Assembly: GCF_964355755.1 (NCBI RefSeq)
Contig: NC_092678.1
Location: forward strand, 19,609,365 to 19,673,364
Length of the DNA stretch: 64,000 nt
From: Antedon mediterranea
Lineage: Eukaryota > Animalia > Echinodermata
Reading direction: 5' to 3'
A model generated the notes under the pieces. The model was not told the origin of the DNA, did not search any database, and saw only the letters and a program-made list of their open reading frames with translations. The position numbers were made by a program, and so were the translations under genes. Below are positions 33,544 to 46,710 of the stretch, one piece after another. The number at the start of each line of letters is the position of its first letter. Positions within the stretch are counted from its first letter, which is position 1.

Positions 33544-35587
33544 GTTACAAGCCCCGAAAAAAGCACACTTTGGGTGAGAAGGCAAATTCAATGCTTATTA
33601 TAGCCAGGGGCGGACCCAGGGGTGTTTCCCTAGTGGCCCGGGCAACACCCTTAGTTTTATACTATTGTTGTTTCTGCCACTAAATTAATATTGAGTTCCA
33701 TTTCAACGTATACAATATCCATCCGGAACCTGAAGTTGATAGGCTTAGTCATAAATTTACAGAGTTGCAGGACTTGTTGGCTTAACTGTTAACATTTGTA
33801 AAGAAGTAATATAATGCTGGCGGCAACGAATTTAACGACCTTCACAACAACAAAATTTCTTTGTAACAAAATTTAATTTAAATGGAACGCTACAAAATAA
33901 TCCTCTGCTTCATCAGTGCATGAATACCTAATAACCAGACAAGGACGTATCTTTGTTACGTTTTACTATCAATCCATTTTCATATCACGCAACAATATAG
34001 TAGTATAATAATAACAGTTTGGATTGAATAGTGAGGGATTGGTTACCGTGTTGACTTAACTTGACTTAGTAATTTACTAAAAATCCAAAATTAACTTGTG
34101 TTATAATACAAACAAAATTATTCAATCAAAGAAACGCTCTACTGCACATGAGAAATGTCGGTCGATAAACTTCTGACGACGACTAAAACAACAAAAATCA
34201 GCTAAATGTATTCGTAATTTTATTTCATCTCTGGCTTGTTACATTTTCATGACACATTACCGGACTTCCCCCTCCTCTCGCAATGAACTGCAGTACTTAT
34301 CTTCCCTATCTAGGCTCGTGTATGTAGCCTACTACGTCATTCACAAATTACCAACGCACAGGAGTATTACTAGCGCCATCACAGTTATTATCTATTATGG
34401 ATAAAGCATTCACACAAAAATTAAAAAAATCATCGACAAACGCAATATAGCCTATATTCATTCCTTTCAAATACTAGGCATATTGACAAGGCTAATAATC
34501 GATTTGTCCATAATTATTGCGTTTTGCTGGTGGTTTACCATAATCTAAGGCCAATTTTTAGGCCAAATCATAATTGTGCGTATAGTTTTTTATTTCCAAT
34601 GCGTGTAGTACCCTATTTATCTTCATTTCCGTACGTCCGTAAATATTAGGCCGAATTTTCCGAGTAGTTTATGGATGTTCACAAATTTGAACCGTGTTAT
34701 ACCGGTAGCAGAGCAAAGTTTGCTTCTTCCTGCAAATGTCTTATCATTATTTTCTTTTGTTTAAAATTAAGTAACACTTTTGCAGTTTATAAGTGGATAA
34801 ATAAATATGAATTTTTGAAAATTGTGGTTTTAACATCTGACTTTATTTAGCATTAAAATTTAAAATACTGTTTTAATACAATTTAACGTTTTGCTCAATA
34901 CATTTATAGCAACAGCTTCATATATCTAAAATTTTAAATGAGAAAATATATGGTTATAATTAATTCTGGCATCTTATTATGTAAATATACCGGTATTTTA
35001 ACTACTCTAAACACTTACTTTTAATTGTCACAAATGTACTTATATGTATATAATATATTCATCAATGAGAATTTAAATAAACGTGAGAAGAACTCACACA
35101 AGACAAAAAAAGCAACAGCTTCATATTTTTTGTATCAATTTGTAAAATTATCAAAAGATAATTAATTTACATTAGGCCTAATTGAGTAGGCAGTCCGATC
35201 CATAAAAAACCCCTGGCTCGGGTCTGCTGTACACTGCCTTGGCCCTGACCCTTCTAAAGTTCAACTAGAGACCCCTTCACCTAACTATCATAGCTTCAGA
35301 TATTGTAGATACCACCAGAAACCAATGTTATATGATTTAGCACAGAACAACCAAACATTAATATAAAGACCGGGTAATACGTGGTAGGCTCACCTTTAGC
35401 CCTACTATACTTATGTACGGTAATAAATCTAATAATATAATTATAATTATTACAATTACAACAACTGTAATGTATTTACACAGCTGGGCTTTACCATTAT
35501 TTTAATACTTAATATTAATAAATAACAATAGAAAAATGATGTATTACTGTATATAAAATGTAAATGAAATCATTTCAATTTTATCAA

Positions 35588-37289
35588 TTACAGTATTTGA
35601 TGTATATACAATATATAACATTTTTCATAATTTTCAGGATCAGAGAGTTCTTTACGAACAAACGTCCATTTCCCTTCTTTTTCTAATCGCTGTAACTCAT
35701 TATCAAACTTCCCATCGTTGTACATTGGTTCTATATCCTTCCACTTGTTTCGAAATGCGCTGATTACGTAACCACCTGATATAATAAAATAAACACACAT
35801 TACATATATTAATACACTCTTGTAAAATCAGTAAACATTTGCAGTTCAAGTATGAAGATCTTTTCTAATGTTATGAAGATAGTATTATATAAGTATAACA
35901 ATGTAATTTTACCAGGCTTAACGATTCGAGTCCATTCTGAAAGTACCGAGATCGGTAAGTGATTGAGAGCAAATCCACCAGAACAAATAATACCATCATA
36001 TGTGTCTACGTCAACGACAGAGATAAAAAATAGAAAATATCTATAACCAAATATCATCCGGGAAGCGATTTTTTGTTCAACTACACAGACGGCTCGACAG
36101 CGTTTGCATGTTAGAAAATTGTAGTTAGCTCAATTTTTACGTCACACTTTATGGATATGACTGATATGATTCATGTTTCTTTTGTGACGTTTTATAGTCC
36201 AGGTTCTAGAAAGTGATGGTTTAATGTTGGTAAAAATAAACATTTTGGCACTTAACAATACTTCACCTCTGAACGGATAAATTGAAGATGACGTAAACAA
36301 ACCATATCAAGGGTGGGAGGAGACTACATTTAGTTCTGCATTCTGAGTATACTCAGATCAACTATAATATTATTGAATCAGTATTAAAGAAAAAGAAAGA
36401 TAATTATATTCCAAAACCCAATGCAATACCTGAGGCAATACTAAGTGGAGCATCAGTAACAAATTCCACTATAAAGTTTGTATAGATGTCTCTCCTTTTG
36501 CATTCTTCTATACAGTTCTGACTTCCGTCAAATGCGTCAATATTTGTAAAGCCGCTTCTATGCGTCTGCAAAAAAAACAAGATAATTGTTAATAAGTTTA
36601 TGCTAAGGTTTACTGAATAATTTTTTTTTTTTAATACGAATTTTATTGGAATTTCCGTTACGATTAATGTTGCGTAGGCCTACACTATAAATTATTATTA
36701 TAATTATTATTTTTAAATTGTAAGCACGACACTAACAAAGCACAATAAATACGTAATTATTTTTATTGGTCATGTGTTATAACAGAATGTTCTAGGCTAC
36801 TCACTTTCACACCAAGAAGACCAGTACAAGCTGCAAAGTCCAAAATCCGCGAACTCTTTATTGGGACCAATTCATTCAACGCATTTATCGTCATGTTTTG
36901 GCCTTTACCTGTAAATGTACCAACTATCTATCGAAGACAAACAATTAATATCAATCAGAATGAAATATCATATAGGCATATACTGCCAAATGTTCTTTAT
37001 GTAATTTGTAATTAACAAGAAAACAATCGCAATAGAGTGCTTTTTGATTTAGATGTATTTACAGTACGTTTGTGAAAGCGAACAAGGAGAAACGTCATTG
37101 AGATTATAACACATAGCGACCCATACCAATATTATGGAATCAGTTGTTGGCGGATTTCGTGGCGGATTCGCCAAATTATCTTACCTCATCAAAATCTGTT
37201 GCATGATTGTCGTATAGGTTGCAAATTTTCTCCTTATTAACAACGCTGAACTCTTTTTGCAAGCTAGATAAGCCTTCTGGAAAAGCCAT
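35588..37289 (-). CDS. METTL27: METTL27-like methyltransferase, copy 2, 214 aa
   Basis: Exons 37289-37185, 36927-36805, 36565-36430, 36005-35913 and 35775-35588 total 645 nt in frame, all GT-AG. MAFPEGLSS...RILDFAACTGLLG...YIHQIL. Confidence 0.88.
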
Positions 37290-38214
37290 GTTTAAATCTA
37301 TATATTAAAACAATATTACACAGCGACAGCCACACACAGTCATTGGCTTTTATAGTCCGTAACTGTACAATGATTGGTTGTAATTATTCTGATAATAATG
37401 GTTGTATTGTATTTGGAACAATATGAATTGTATTGTTGAATCATGGATGTATCTATTTCTACCTCCATTGCCTTCGTTTTTGGTTCAAGCCCATTACACA
37501 TGGCGTCTAGTCTTTTGCTATTCGAATTTATTTCAGAGCGGCCTTGGTAAAGTCAGTTACCTGCTCTAATAATGGTAGCGATCTAGAATATTAGCATAGA
37601 GTAAAGTAACAGTCAAAAGAAAGTATTGTGATATTTTAACAAAAGGCAAATCCTCCTTGCTCTGTGACCCGTGTGTAAAAAAAAAGACAAATAAATATTT
37701 GGTTATGGCCAACTGGTAACCTCTGATTATAAATCTTCAATAATAGGTAAAACTAGGTTAGGTCCTCATTTTTAGAATGTATTTAACAATTCTACCACTT
37801 CTTTATTGTACATTTTTGGCCAAGGTTTATATGTATTATTAAGTTCCATGCGATCAATCACACAAACATGCATCTATTTATATTATTAAGAAAAAAAAAC
37901 CATTTATTAAAAAAACAAAATACATTTACGATGTGTTCAAATTGGGTTGTAATATTACGACTTAAACTTTAATATAAAGACCGGGTAATACAAGGTAGGC
38001 CCCTTTTTAGCCCTACTGTACTTTATGTACGGTAATAAATCTAATAATATAATTATAATATAATAATTATAATTATTACAATTACTACAGCAATACTGTA
38101 ATGTATTTACACACATGGCTTTACCATTATTTTAATACAAAATTAAATATCAAAATAGAGAAATTATGTATTACTGTATATAAAATATAAATGAAATCAT
38201 TTCAATTTTATCGA

Positions 38215-40339
38215 TTACAGTATTTGATGTATATACATTATATAACATTTTTCATAATTTTCAGGATCAGAGAGTTCTTTACGAACAAACGTCCATTTCC
38301 CTTCTTTTTCTAATCGTTGTAACTCATTATCAAACTTCTCATCGTTGTACATTGGTTCTATATCCTTCCACTTCTTTGGAAATGTGTTGATTACGTAACC
38401 CCCTGATATAATAAAAACAAGGACACATTTAATATCTTAATACTCAGTAAAATCAGTGAAAATTTGCAGTTAAATTATGAAGATGCCATTTTGCCTTTTT
38501 CATTTCATATTTCAATTTATATATCTATTCTTTTGTAACAGGGGTTGCTACTTGTATAAGCTATTCGTCAGAGAGTCCCCTTTCCATTATTTTGTTTTGT
38601 GCTATGATTATTTATGTATGTTTATGATTATGTGAATGGAAATAAAGAAAAAAATAAAGAAAGAACAAAAGAAAGGAAGAAGAAGAATATCTTCTCTAAT
38701 GTTATGAAGATTGTATTATATTTATAAGTATAAAAATGTAATTTTACCAGGTTTAACGATTCGAGTCCACTCTGAAAGTACCGAGATCGGTAAGTGATTG
38801 AGAGAAAATCCACCAGAACAAATAATACCATCATATGTGTCTACGTTAAAAAAAGAAAATAGTTATAACCAGATGTCTTGTCCTGTCCTAACATAAATAA
38901 ATGGAACGTTACCGATGAAATTACCATGGGTGATTTCCATTTATTAGTAAAAAAATTATTTACCATAAACAGATTGATAAACATAAACAGACAATATCAA
39001 GAGTGGGAGGACACTAATTTTAGCTCTACATTCGGAACATACTCAGATCAACTCAAATATGATTGAATCAAAAGAAATGAACGATAATTCCAAAACCCAA
39101 TGTAATACCTGAGACAATACTAAGTGGAGCATCAGTAACAAATTCCACTATAAAGTTTGTATAGATGTCCCTCCTTTTGCATTCCTCTATACAGTTCTGA
39201 CTTCCGTCAAATGCGTCAATATTTGTATAGCCGCTTCTATGCGCCTGCAAAAAAAAAACCCCAAAAAAGATAATTGTTAATAAGTGTAAGGCTAAGTTTT
39301 AGTGGGTAGAAGTTTTAACACGGAATTGTAGTGGAATTTCCATTACGATAAATGTTTCGAATAGCCTACACTATCATTAGAATATCTGATATCAATTTCT
39401 TTGAATTTTAAGCACAGGGACAATAACAAAGCGCAATAAATACGTAATTTTTTGATTGGTCATGTGTTATAACAGAATGTTCTACGCTATACTCACTTTC
39501 ATACCAAGAAGACCAGTACAAGCTGCAAAGTCCAAAATCCGCGAACACTTTATTGGGACCAATTCATTCAACGCATTTATCGTCATGTTTTGGCCTTTAC
39601 TTGAAAATGTACCAACTATCTATCGAAGACAACAAATTAATATCAATCATAATGAATTATCATATAGGGCTATACTGCCAAATGTTTTTAATTTGTAATT
39701 AACAAGAAAACAACAGCTATAAAAATTGCAATAGAGTGCTTTTTTATTTAAAAGTATTTACCGTACTTATGTGAAAGAAAACAAGGAGAAACGTCATTAA
39801 GATTATTTATTTATTCGACTTCTCACTAACTCAGTTAGTGAAGGATCTGGACCAACAGGTGGTAAACACCTCTAAAACGGTCCAGTCCCAATTTGCACAG
39901 TGGCTGTGTGTGACAGTGGCTGTGTTTGTGTGGACTACTACACTGGGGTAACCCCCTACTCGTCTCGAAAGATGTACTAGGTTCTTTAAAGTGCGCATGA
40001 GCTATGTGTACACTGGACCTACGGATTATAGTCCTTATCAGAGAAGACTCGTTCTACCACTAGAACCATGGAGCGAGTGAGCCTCGAACCCTTGCCGATG
40101 TTATGGCTACGTAATTACGGTTCCACTGTCTTAACCGCTCGGCCACTCACACGCTTAACACATAGCGTCCCATACCAATTATGGAATCAGTTGTTGTTGG
40201 CGGATTCCGTGGCGGATTCGCCAAATTATCTTACCTCATCAAAATCTGTTGCATGATTGTCGTATACCTTGCAAATTTTCTTCTTATTGACAACGCTGAA
40301 CTCTTTTCGCAAGCTAAATAAGGCTTCTGGAAAAGCCAT
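38215..40339 (-). CDS. METTL27: METTL27-like methyltransferase, copy 3, 214 aa
   Basis: Exons 40339-40235, 39619-39497, 39244-39109, 38840-38748 and 38402-38215 have the same sizes and phases as copy 2, with no stops seen. Confidence 0.88.
39804..40154 (-). mobile_element. tRNA-derived SINE with a Deu/Nin-type central domain, in intron 1 of METTL27-like copy 3
   Basis: Minus strand: A box TGGCCGAGCGG, B box GGTTCGAGGC, then TTAAAGAACC...TTTCGAGACGAGTAGGGGGTTACCCCAGTGT (Deu/Nin-like) and an (AATA)n tail. Absent from the same intron of copies 2 and 4. Confidence 0.8.
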
Positions 40340-40644
40340 GTTTAAAATCTATAATATTAAAACAAATTACACAGCGACAGAGCTAAACAATCCAGCACGT
40401 ACTAAAAGCAGCAGAAATCCGTAACTGTACAATAACTGGTTGTGGTATTCTGATAAGAATGGTTGTATTGTATTTGGAACAATACCATGAAAATAGTAAC
40501 GACGAAACGAGCGTGTTCATCAGCGTCTCTTCTTGTGTAGGTATTATATTCAGCGGTAAACTGTGAGATTTTCAGTCTTTTAAACTAGTATTCACCTAAC
40601 GCTGTGCCATAAAATAAGATTGTGTTGAAAGATTAATTTTCGCT

Positions 40645-41568
40645 TCTATATATAAATTTACGTAAGGGCAAAACTGTGCTGCAGAGGTTGGATATAGGTA
40701 TTTTTTTAAACGGATAATAAGCTAGCCTTTCCAGTCTCCGTCTATTATGTACAATCATCTTTATTGTTGCCGTTAAACCACCACCCACACCACCGCCCTC
40801 CCTTCACTGGCATGAGTAGCGTTGTAAAGCCAGTAGAGGATAGGCCTACAGTACAATGGGTCACATGCCCTAAACGCAGAACAACTTTGGTGGTTAGGAA
40901 CCAACTTAAGTATGAATTGTTGAAAACCATTAGACCTACTAATTAAGTTAAGTTAAGTTAGATAATTATCTATTGACGACCAAAGCGAATTTACGATTTT
41001 TATTGAATAGAGGTGTTTACTTTATTACTGACAGATCCTTCTGAATGTTTATATTAATTAATAATGTAATTACTGTACAAACAATTATAAACGTCGTATT
41101 AGTGATATATCGTTACAAGTACTGTACTATTTCAATCGACTATGACGGTGACAGTTTCAACAAAGTATTAAATAGCAATGTTTTACTGTGTTTAGTCATG
41201 GAGGTATAAATACCTCCATGGTTTAGTGGTATATTATTAAACATGAAAACAATTAATATTTCGTTACTAATTGTATAAAGAATATATTTAAAAATTGTTC
41301 GTCTTTGCACCCATCCTCTTCCCCATCCCTCAACCCTCATGTTGCATACAAAACACAAATTCAGTTTGTTTCAAAACAATTGGTCTTATTTTGTGGCAAG
41401 TTTCTCTTTTGGAAGTAATTCTCAGGGTGCTAATTTTAGTTGAGTACATAAATCACCGTGTCTATTTATTCGTTCCTGTAAACGACATGTATTGAATGTC
41501 CTGCATGTACATTTGAAGTCGCCAATTTTGTACGCTGAAATTACTATATATTCGCGATAACCATCTAG
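40645..41568 (+). mobile_element. Helitron family A, copy 3 (variant 5' interior, hairpin deleted)
   Basis: Starts TCTATATATAAATTTACGTAAGGGC and ends CCATCTAG. The 3' half is homologous to 587-2145. Confidence 0.8.
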
Positions 41569-42480
41569 TCTATATATAAATTTACGTAAGGGCAAAATTC
41601 GGTAAATCGCGCGTTATTTCTAGAATGTTTACGCGATGGTATATAAAGTTGTTTCGTACATTCGGTACTGATTTTAACCACCTGATGTAACCCTGTTCAC
41701 TAATTAAATTGAGTTAGATAATTAGTTATTGACAATTAAAACGAATTTAGGTTGAACGATTTGCCCCAAAAAGGGGTGTTTTCCAACCGTAGCACTGTAT
41801 ACACTGTCTAATGGATGTCCTCTTAAAAAATACCTACACACAATCATACGAGGATGCTTCGCATTTTCCTATCTCCTCCTACGATAATTGTTTTTAATGG
41901 CTGAAACCGGTTGAACAGCTCGAGTACAGTATCATAATGTTGAAGACAGGCCGATTTTCTTAAAAAAATACTATTTTGATAGATTTAATATACGTTTATA
42001 CAAATGTATTGATTTGCGATGAATAGAACATTCCAATCTCACAGACTCCCAGTTTGTAGGTAAATTTATGAACCCTCCATGGTTTAACACAAGTAGGTAA
42101 ATTTATGGGCCCTTTGAGAATAAACTTAAAACTGAGATATAGCATTACAATATTTTGACAATATTGTAAATACTGAACGTAATAACTATTTTTGGTCGCC
42201 ATTTGAATCGAAATTTTCTTACTGTGAAGGTGGTTACTGTTTATTGTATTAATTAGTAATTATAAAAAATATAAACGTCGTAGTGGTGTATTGTTACATG
42301 TACTTTACTATTTCAATCGACTATAACAGGGACAGTTTTAGTTTGTTGGACTCATTTTAAGAAAAGTTTCTCCTTCGGAAGTAGGCCTAGTTCCCAGTGT
42401 GCTAATTTTAGTTGACTACATTATTCATCGTGTCTATTTATTCGTTTCTGAAAACGACGATGCATTTATAGTCCTGCGGT
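41569..42480 (+). mobile_element. Helitron family A, copy 4 (3'-truncated), head-to-tail with copy 3
   Basis: TC start immediately follows the CTAG of copy 3. Colinear with copy 1 up to gtcctgcggt. Confidence 0.82.
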
Positions 42481-43555
42481 AATAATGCATTGAAATGCGA
42501 TATATTCATAAAATTAGCGGCCTCTCTTTGACCTCACATCGTCTGCCTTCTATACATGTCGATTCATTATAACAATGTACCATCGGAATTCAACGGATTC
42601 TCGTGTAACGGTCATGTCCGGTGAAAATAATCATCCTGCAATGTCATGTCTGCTGAACGGAAAAGGCGCATACCATAGTACCTAACTCCGAAATTAACTT
42701 AACTAAAGCTCTGTCTACACTATCAAACTTTATGTGACAACAAATGTGATGTGCCCATGATTATATGGATAATTTACATGTGATTATTAATGACTTGACA
42801 TATAATTTATATTTCTTAGTTATTGTTATTTTTTATTATTAATAGCCGAATTGTAAATAAGGCCTATGTATTTGTATTATTTTCATGTTTTCTAAAAAGT
42901 CATCAATAAAGCTCCCAAGAATTAAAACAAAATAATTACTAATATGGCACATGGTATGCATGTAAGAAAGAACGAAGATTTGCGTTAGTAGGTCGTCAAT
43001 CAAATGTCTTGGTAATCCCCCTAATTGAATCCTGTTTGTACATGTAGACCTACTCTTGATATAGTAGGCCTACATCATAAGAAATAGTTTTTGTTATGGC
43101 AAACTGGTAACCTCTGTTTATAAATCTTCAATAAATAAGAAAAACTAGGTTAGGCCCTCATTTTTTTTTATGTATTGACTAGCTCTGCCATCGCGGTGCG
43201 GACATTCAATTCTATTTTTTACAATTTTCAAACGCTTATGTTTATAGGCCTATGTATTATTAAGTCAATCACACAAACATGCATCTATTCATCTTAATGA
43301 GAAAAATAAACATTTATTAAAAATAATACATTTACGATGTGTTTAAATTGGCCGAGTTGTAATTAAAAAGTGTTACACTTGAATATACCGGGTAATACGT
43401 GGTAGGCCCACGCTTAGCCCTACTGTATTTATGTACGGTAATAAATCTTATAATAAATACAATTTACAATATTGTAATGTATTTATGACGCTGGTCCTTA
43501 CCATTCTCTTAATACAAAAATTAAATAACAAAATAGAAAAAGTATGAATTACATT

Positions 43556-43799
43556 AGGGCCTATATAACTTGTAAATGAAATAATTTCATAGGGCCTATA
43601 TAACTTGTAAATGAAATCAGTTCATAGGGCCTATATAACTTGTAAATGAAATCATTTCATAGGGCCTATATAACTTGTAAATGAAATCATTTCATAGGGC
43701 CTATATAACTTGTAAATGAAATCATTTCATAGGGCCTATATAACTTGTAAATGAAATCATTTCATAGGGCCTATATAACTTGTAAATGAAATCATTTCA
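43556..43799. repeat. Minisatellite, 7 x 35 bp, in the 3' UTR region of METTL27-like copy 4
   Basis: The unit agggcctatataacttgtaaatgaaatcatttcat starts at 43556, 43591, 43626, 43661, 43696, 43731 and 43766. Confidence 0.97.
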
Positions 43800-43809
43800 A
43801 TTTTATCGA

Positions 43810-45777
43810 TTACAGTATTTGATGTATATGCATTATATAACATTTTTCATAATTTTCAGGATCAGAGAGTTCTTTACGAACAAACGTCCATTTCCCTTCT
43901 TTTTCTAATCGTTGTAACTCATTATCAAACTTCCCTTCGTTGTACATTGGTTCTACATCCTTCCACTTGTTTATAAATGCGTTGATTACGTAACCACCTG
44001 ATATAATAAAATAATCACACATTACACATTGTAATACAACTTTTGTAAAATCAGTGAACATTTGCAGTTAAATTATGAAGATCTTTTAAAATGTTATGAA
44101 GATAGTATTATATAAGTATAACAATGTAATTTTACCAGGCTTGACGATTCGAGTCCACTCTGAAAGTACCGAGATCGGTAAGTGATTGAGAGAAAACCCA
44201 CCAGAACAAATAATACCATCATAGGTGTCTACATCAACGACAGCGAGAAAAAAAAGAAAATGTTTATAACCAGATATAATCCGGGATGTGATTTTTTTTT
44301 AATACACAGACGGCTCGACAGAAAGCGTTTGCATGTTAGAGAATTGTAGTTAGCTCAATTCTTACGTCAAACCTTATGAATATTTTGTGACGTTTTATGA
44401 GGGAGGGGTCTCCAGCTTATGTACAAAAAAATATCGCATCCGCGGGATGAACAGGAAGCTTCAGTCCTAACATAAATAAATGGAACGAAGAAATTACCAT
44501 GGGTGATTCCATTTATTAGTAACACAATTATTTACCATAAACGGATTGATAAATGCCAAAGTAAACTATTTGGCGAAAGTCAATAACATGTATTGGTTAC
44601 TCTTTGTTAAAACGGAGGAACCTTACTCTCGTTTCAGAGATTCGACCCATACAGTTGTTGCTTTTTGTAAGTAAAATATACCAGGTTCTAGAAAGCGATG
44701 GTTTAATGTAGGTAAAAAGACATAATTATTTCGGCACATAACAATACTTCACCTCTGAACTGATAAGTTGAAGATAACGTAAACGAACCATATCAAGGGT
44801 TGGAGGAGACTACATTTATTAAATTCTGAGCACACTCAGATCAACTCAAATAATCATAATTAAAGAAAAAGAAATATAATTACATTCCAAAACCCAATGC
44901 AATACCTGAGGCAATACTAAGTGGAGCATCAGTAACAAAGTCCACTATAAAATTTGTATAGATGTCCCTCTTTTTGCATTCTTCTATACAGTTCTGACTT
45001 CCATCAAATGCGTCCATATTTGTATAGCCACTTCTATGCGCCTGAAAAAAAACAAGATATGTGAGTAAGCTTAGGCTAAGATGGGTTGGAAGTTTTAATA
45101 CGGAATTTTTAAGCACAGGGACACTAACAAAGCACAATAAATACGTAATTATTTTGATTGGTCATGTGTTATAAAAAAAAAAAAAAAACTGTTCTCAGTT
45201 GTACTGTAATTATGATGTACTGTAATTGATGACTAAATAAATGTGGAATAAATAAATAAATAAATGTTCTAGTCTACTCACTTTCACACCAAGAAGACCA
45301 GTACAAGCTGCAAAGTCCAAAATCCTCGAACTCTTTATTGGGACCAATTCATTCAACGCATTTATCGTCATGTTTTGGCCTTTACTTGAAAACTTACCAA
45401 TTATCTATCGAAGACAACCAATTAATATCAATCACAATGAAATATCATAAAGGCCTATACTGTTCTACTATTCTTTTTATTAATTTGTAATTAACAATAA
45501 AAATCGCAATAGAGTGCTTTTTTAAATTTAAATGTATTTACCGTACGTATGTGAAAAAGAACAAAGAAAAACGTCATTGAGATTATAACACATATAGCGT
45601 CCCATACTAATTATGAATTCAGGTTGTTGGGTTGTTGGTGGATTCCGTGACGGATTCGCCAAATTATCTTACCTCATCAAAATCTGTTGCATGATTGTCG
45701 TATAGGTTGCAAATTTTCTCCTTATTGACAACGCTGAACTCTTTTCGCAAGCTAGATAAGCCTTCTGGAAAAGCCAT
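43810..45777 (-). CDS. METTL27: METTL27-like methyltransferase, copy 4, 214 aa
   Basis: Exons 45777-45673, 45404-45282, 45041-44906, 44228-44136 and 43997-43810, in frame and GT-AG. Confidence 0.88.
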
Positions 45778-46401
45778 GTTTATATACTACACAGCGATAG
45801 ATGTAACAAACGCAGCACGTACTAAGCAGCAGAAATCTGTAACTGTACAATGGCCGGTTGCGGTATTCTGATAATAATGGTTGTATTGTATTTGGAACAA
45901 TATTTGATCATCAAAATAGTAACGAAACGAACGTGTTCATCAGTGTCTCTTGTGTAGGTATTGTATTCAGCGGTAAACTGCGAGATTTTCAGTCGATCGT
46001 TCAAATAAGCTGTGCCATAAAATAAGATTGTGTTTAAAGATTAATTTTCGCTTTATGTAAATCTAAACCAATTATTAAATCTAAGCAAAGCAAATTATTT
46101 CAAAAAAGGTCAAGCGGGTGAAACTATTGTTCAACAGAAACATATAATATGCATTACAATAGTAGAAAGATTTAATTCAGTAGATTCGTACAAAAAGTAA
46201 TAATGCATGGAATGCGATATATTCATAAAAAATAGCGGCTCCTCTTTGACCTCACATCGTACCAACGGAATTCACCGGATTCTCGTGTGTAACGGTTATG
46301 TCCGGTGAAAATAATCATCCGGCAATTTCATCATCATCATCCGTCTGCTGAACGGAAAAGGCACTTACCATAGTACCTAACTCCGAAATTAACTTAACTA
46401 A

Positions 46402-46553
46402 AGCTCTGTCTCCACTATCAACAAATGTCATGTGCCCATAATTATATGAACATGATGATATTATATCACTACCATATCTGAGCATACCATCACCATATTT
46501 GGGCACATCACACTTGTCTTTGTCAAACTAGTTTGATACCGTAGTGTAGACAG
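46402..46553. mobile_element. Harbinger-like MITE (AGCTCTGTC TIR family)
   Basis: TAA|AGCTCTGTCTCCACTATCA...TAGTGTAGACAGA. A half-copy sits at the equivalent position at 42707. Confidence 0.7.
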
Positions 46554-46710
46554 ATACACCCTAAATAATACTGCATATATCATCAATATACTATACAGAT
46601 GATCCAATTTGGGATGAATATTGCGATATTAGAAGACGAGATAATTAATGATGAGTGATGTTTATTGGAGTCGGGTTGGTGAACATCAGTCCTAACTACG
46701 CAGATTTTTT

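Noticed and set aside
33605-35225. Possible second hAT-like element starting CAGGGGCGGACCCAGG
   Set aside because: I could not identify a convincing matching right TIR or TSD.
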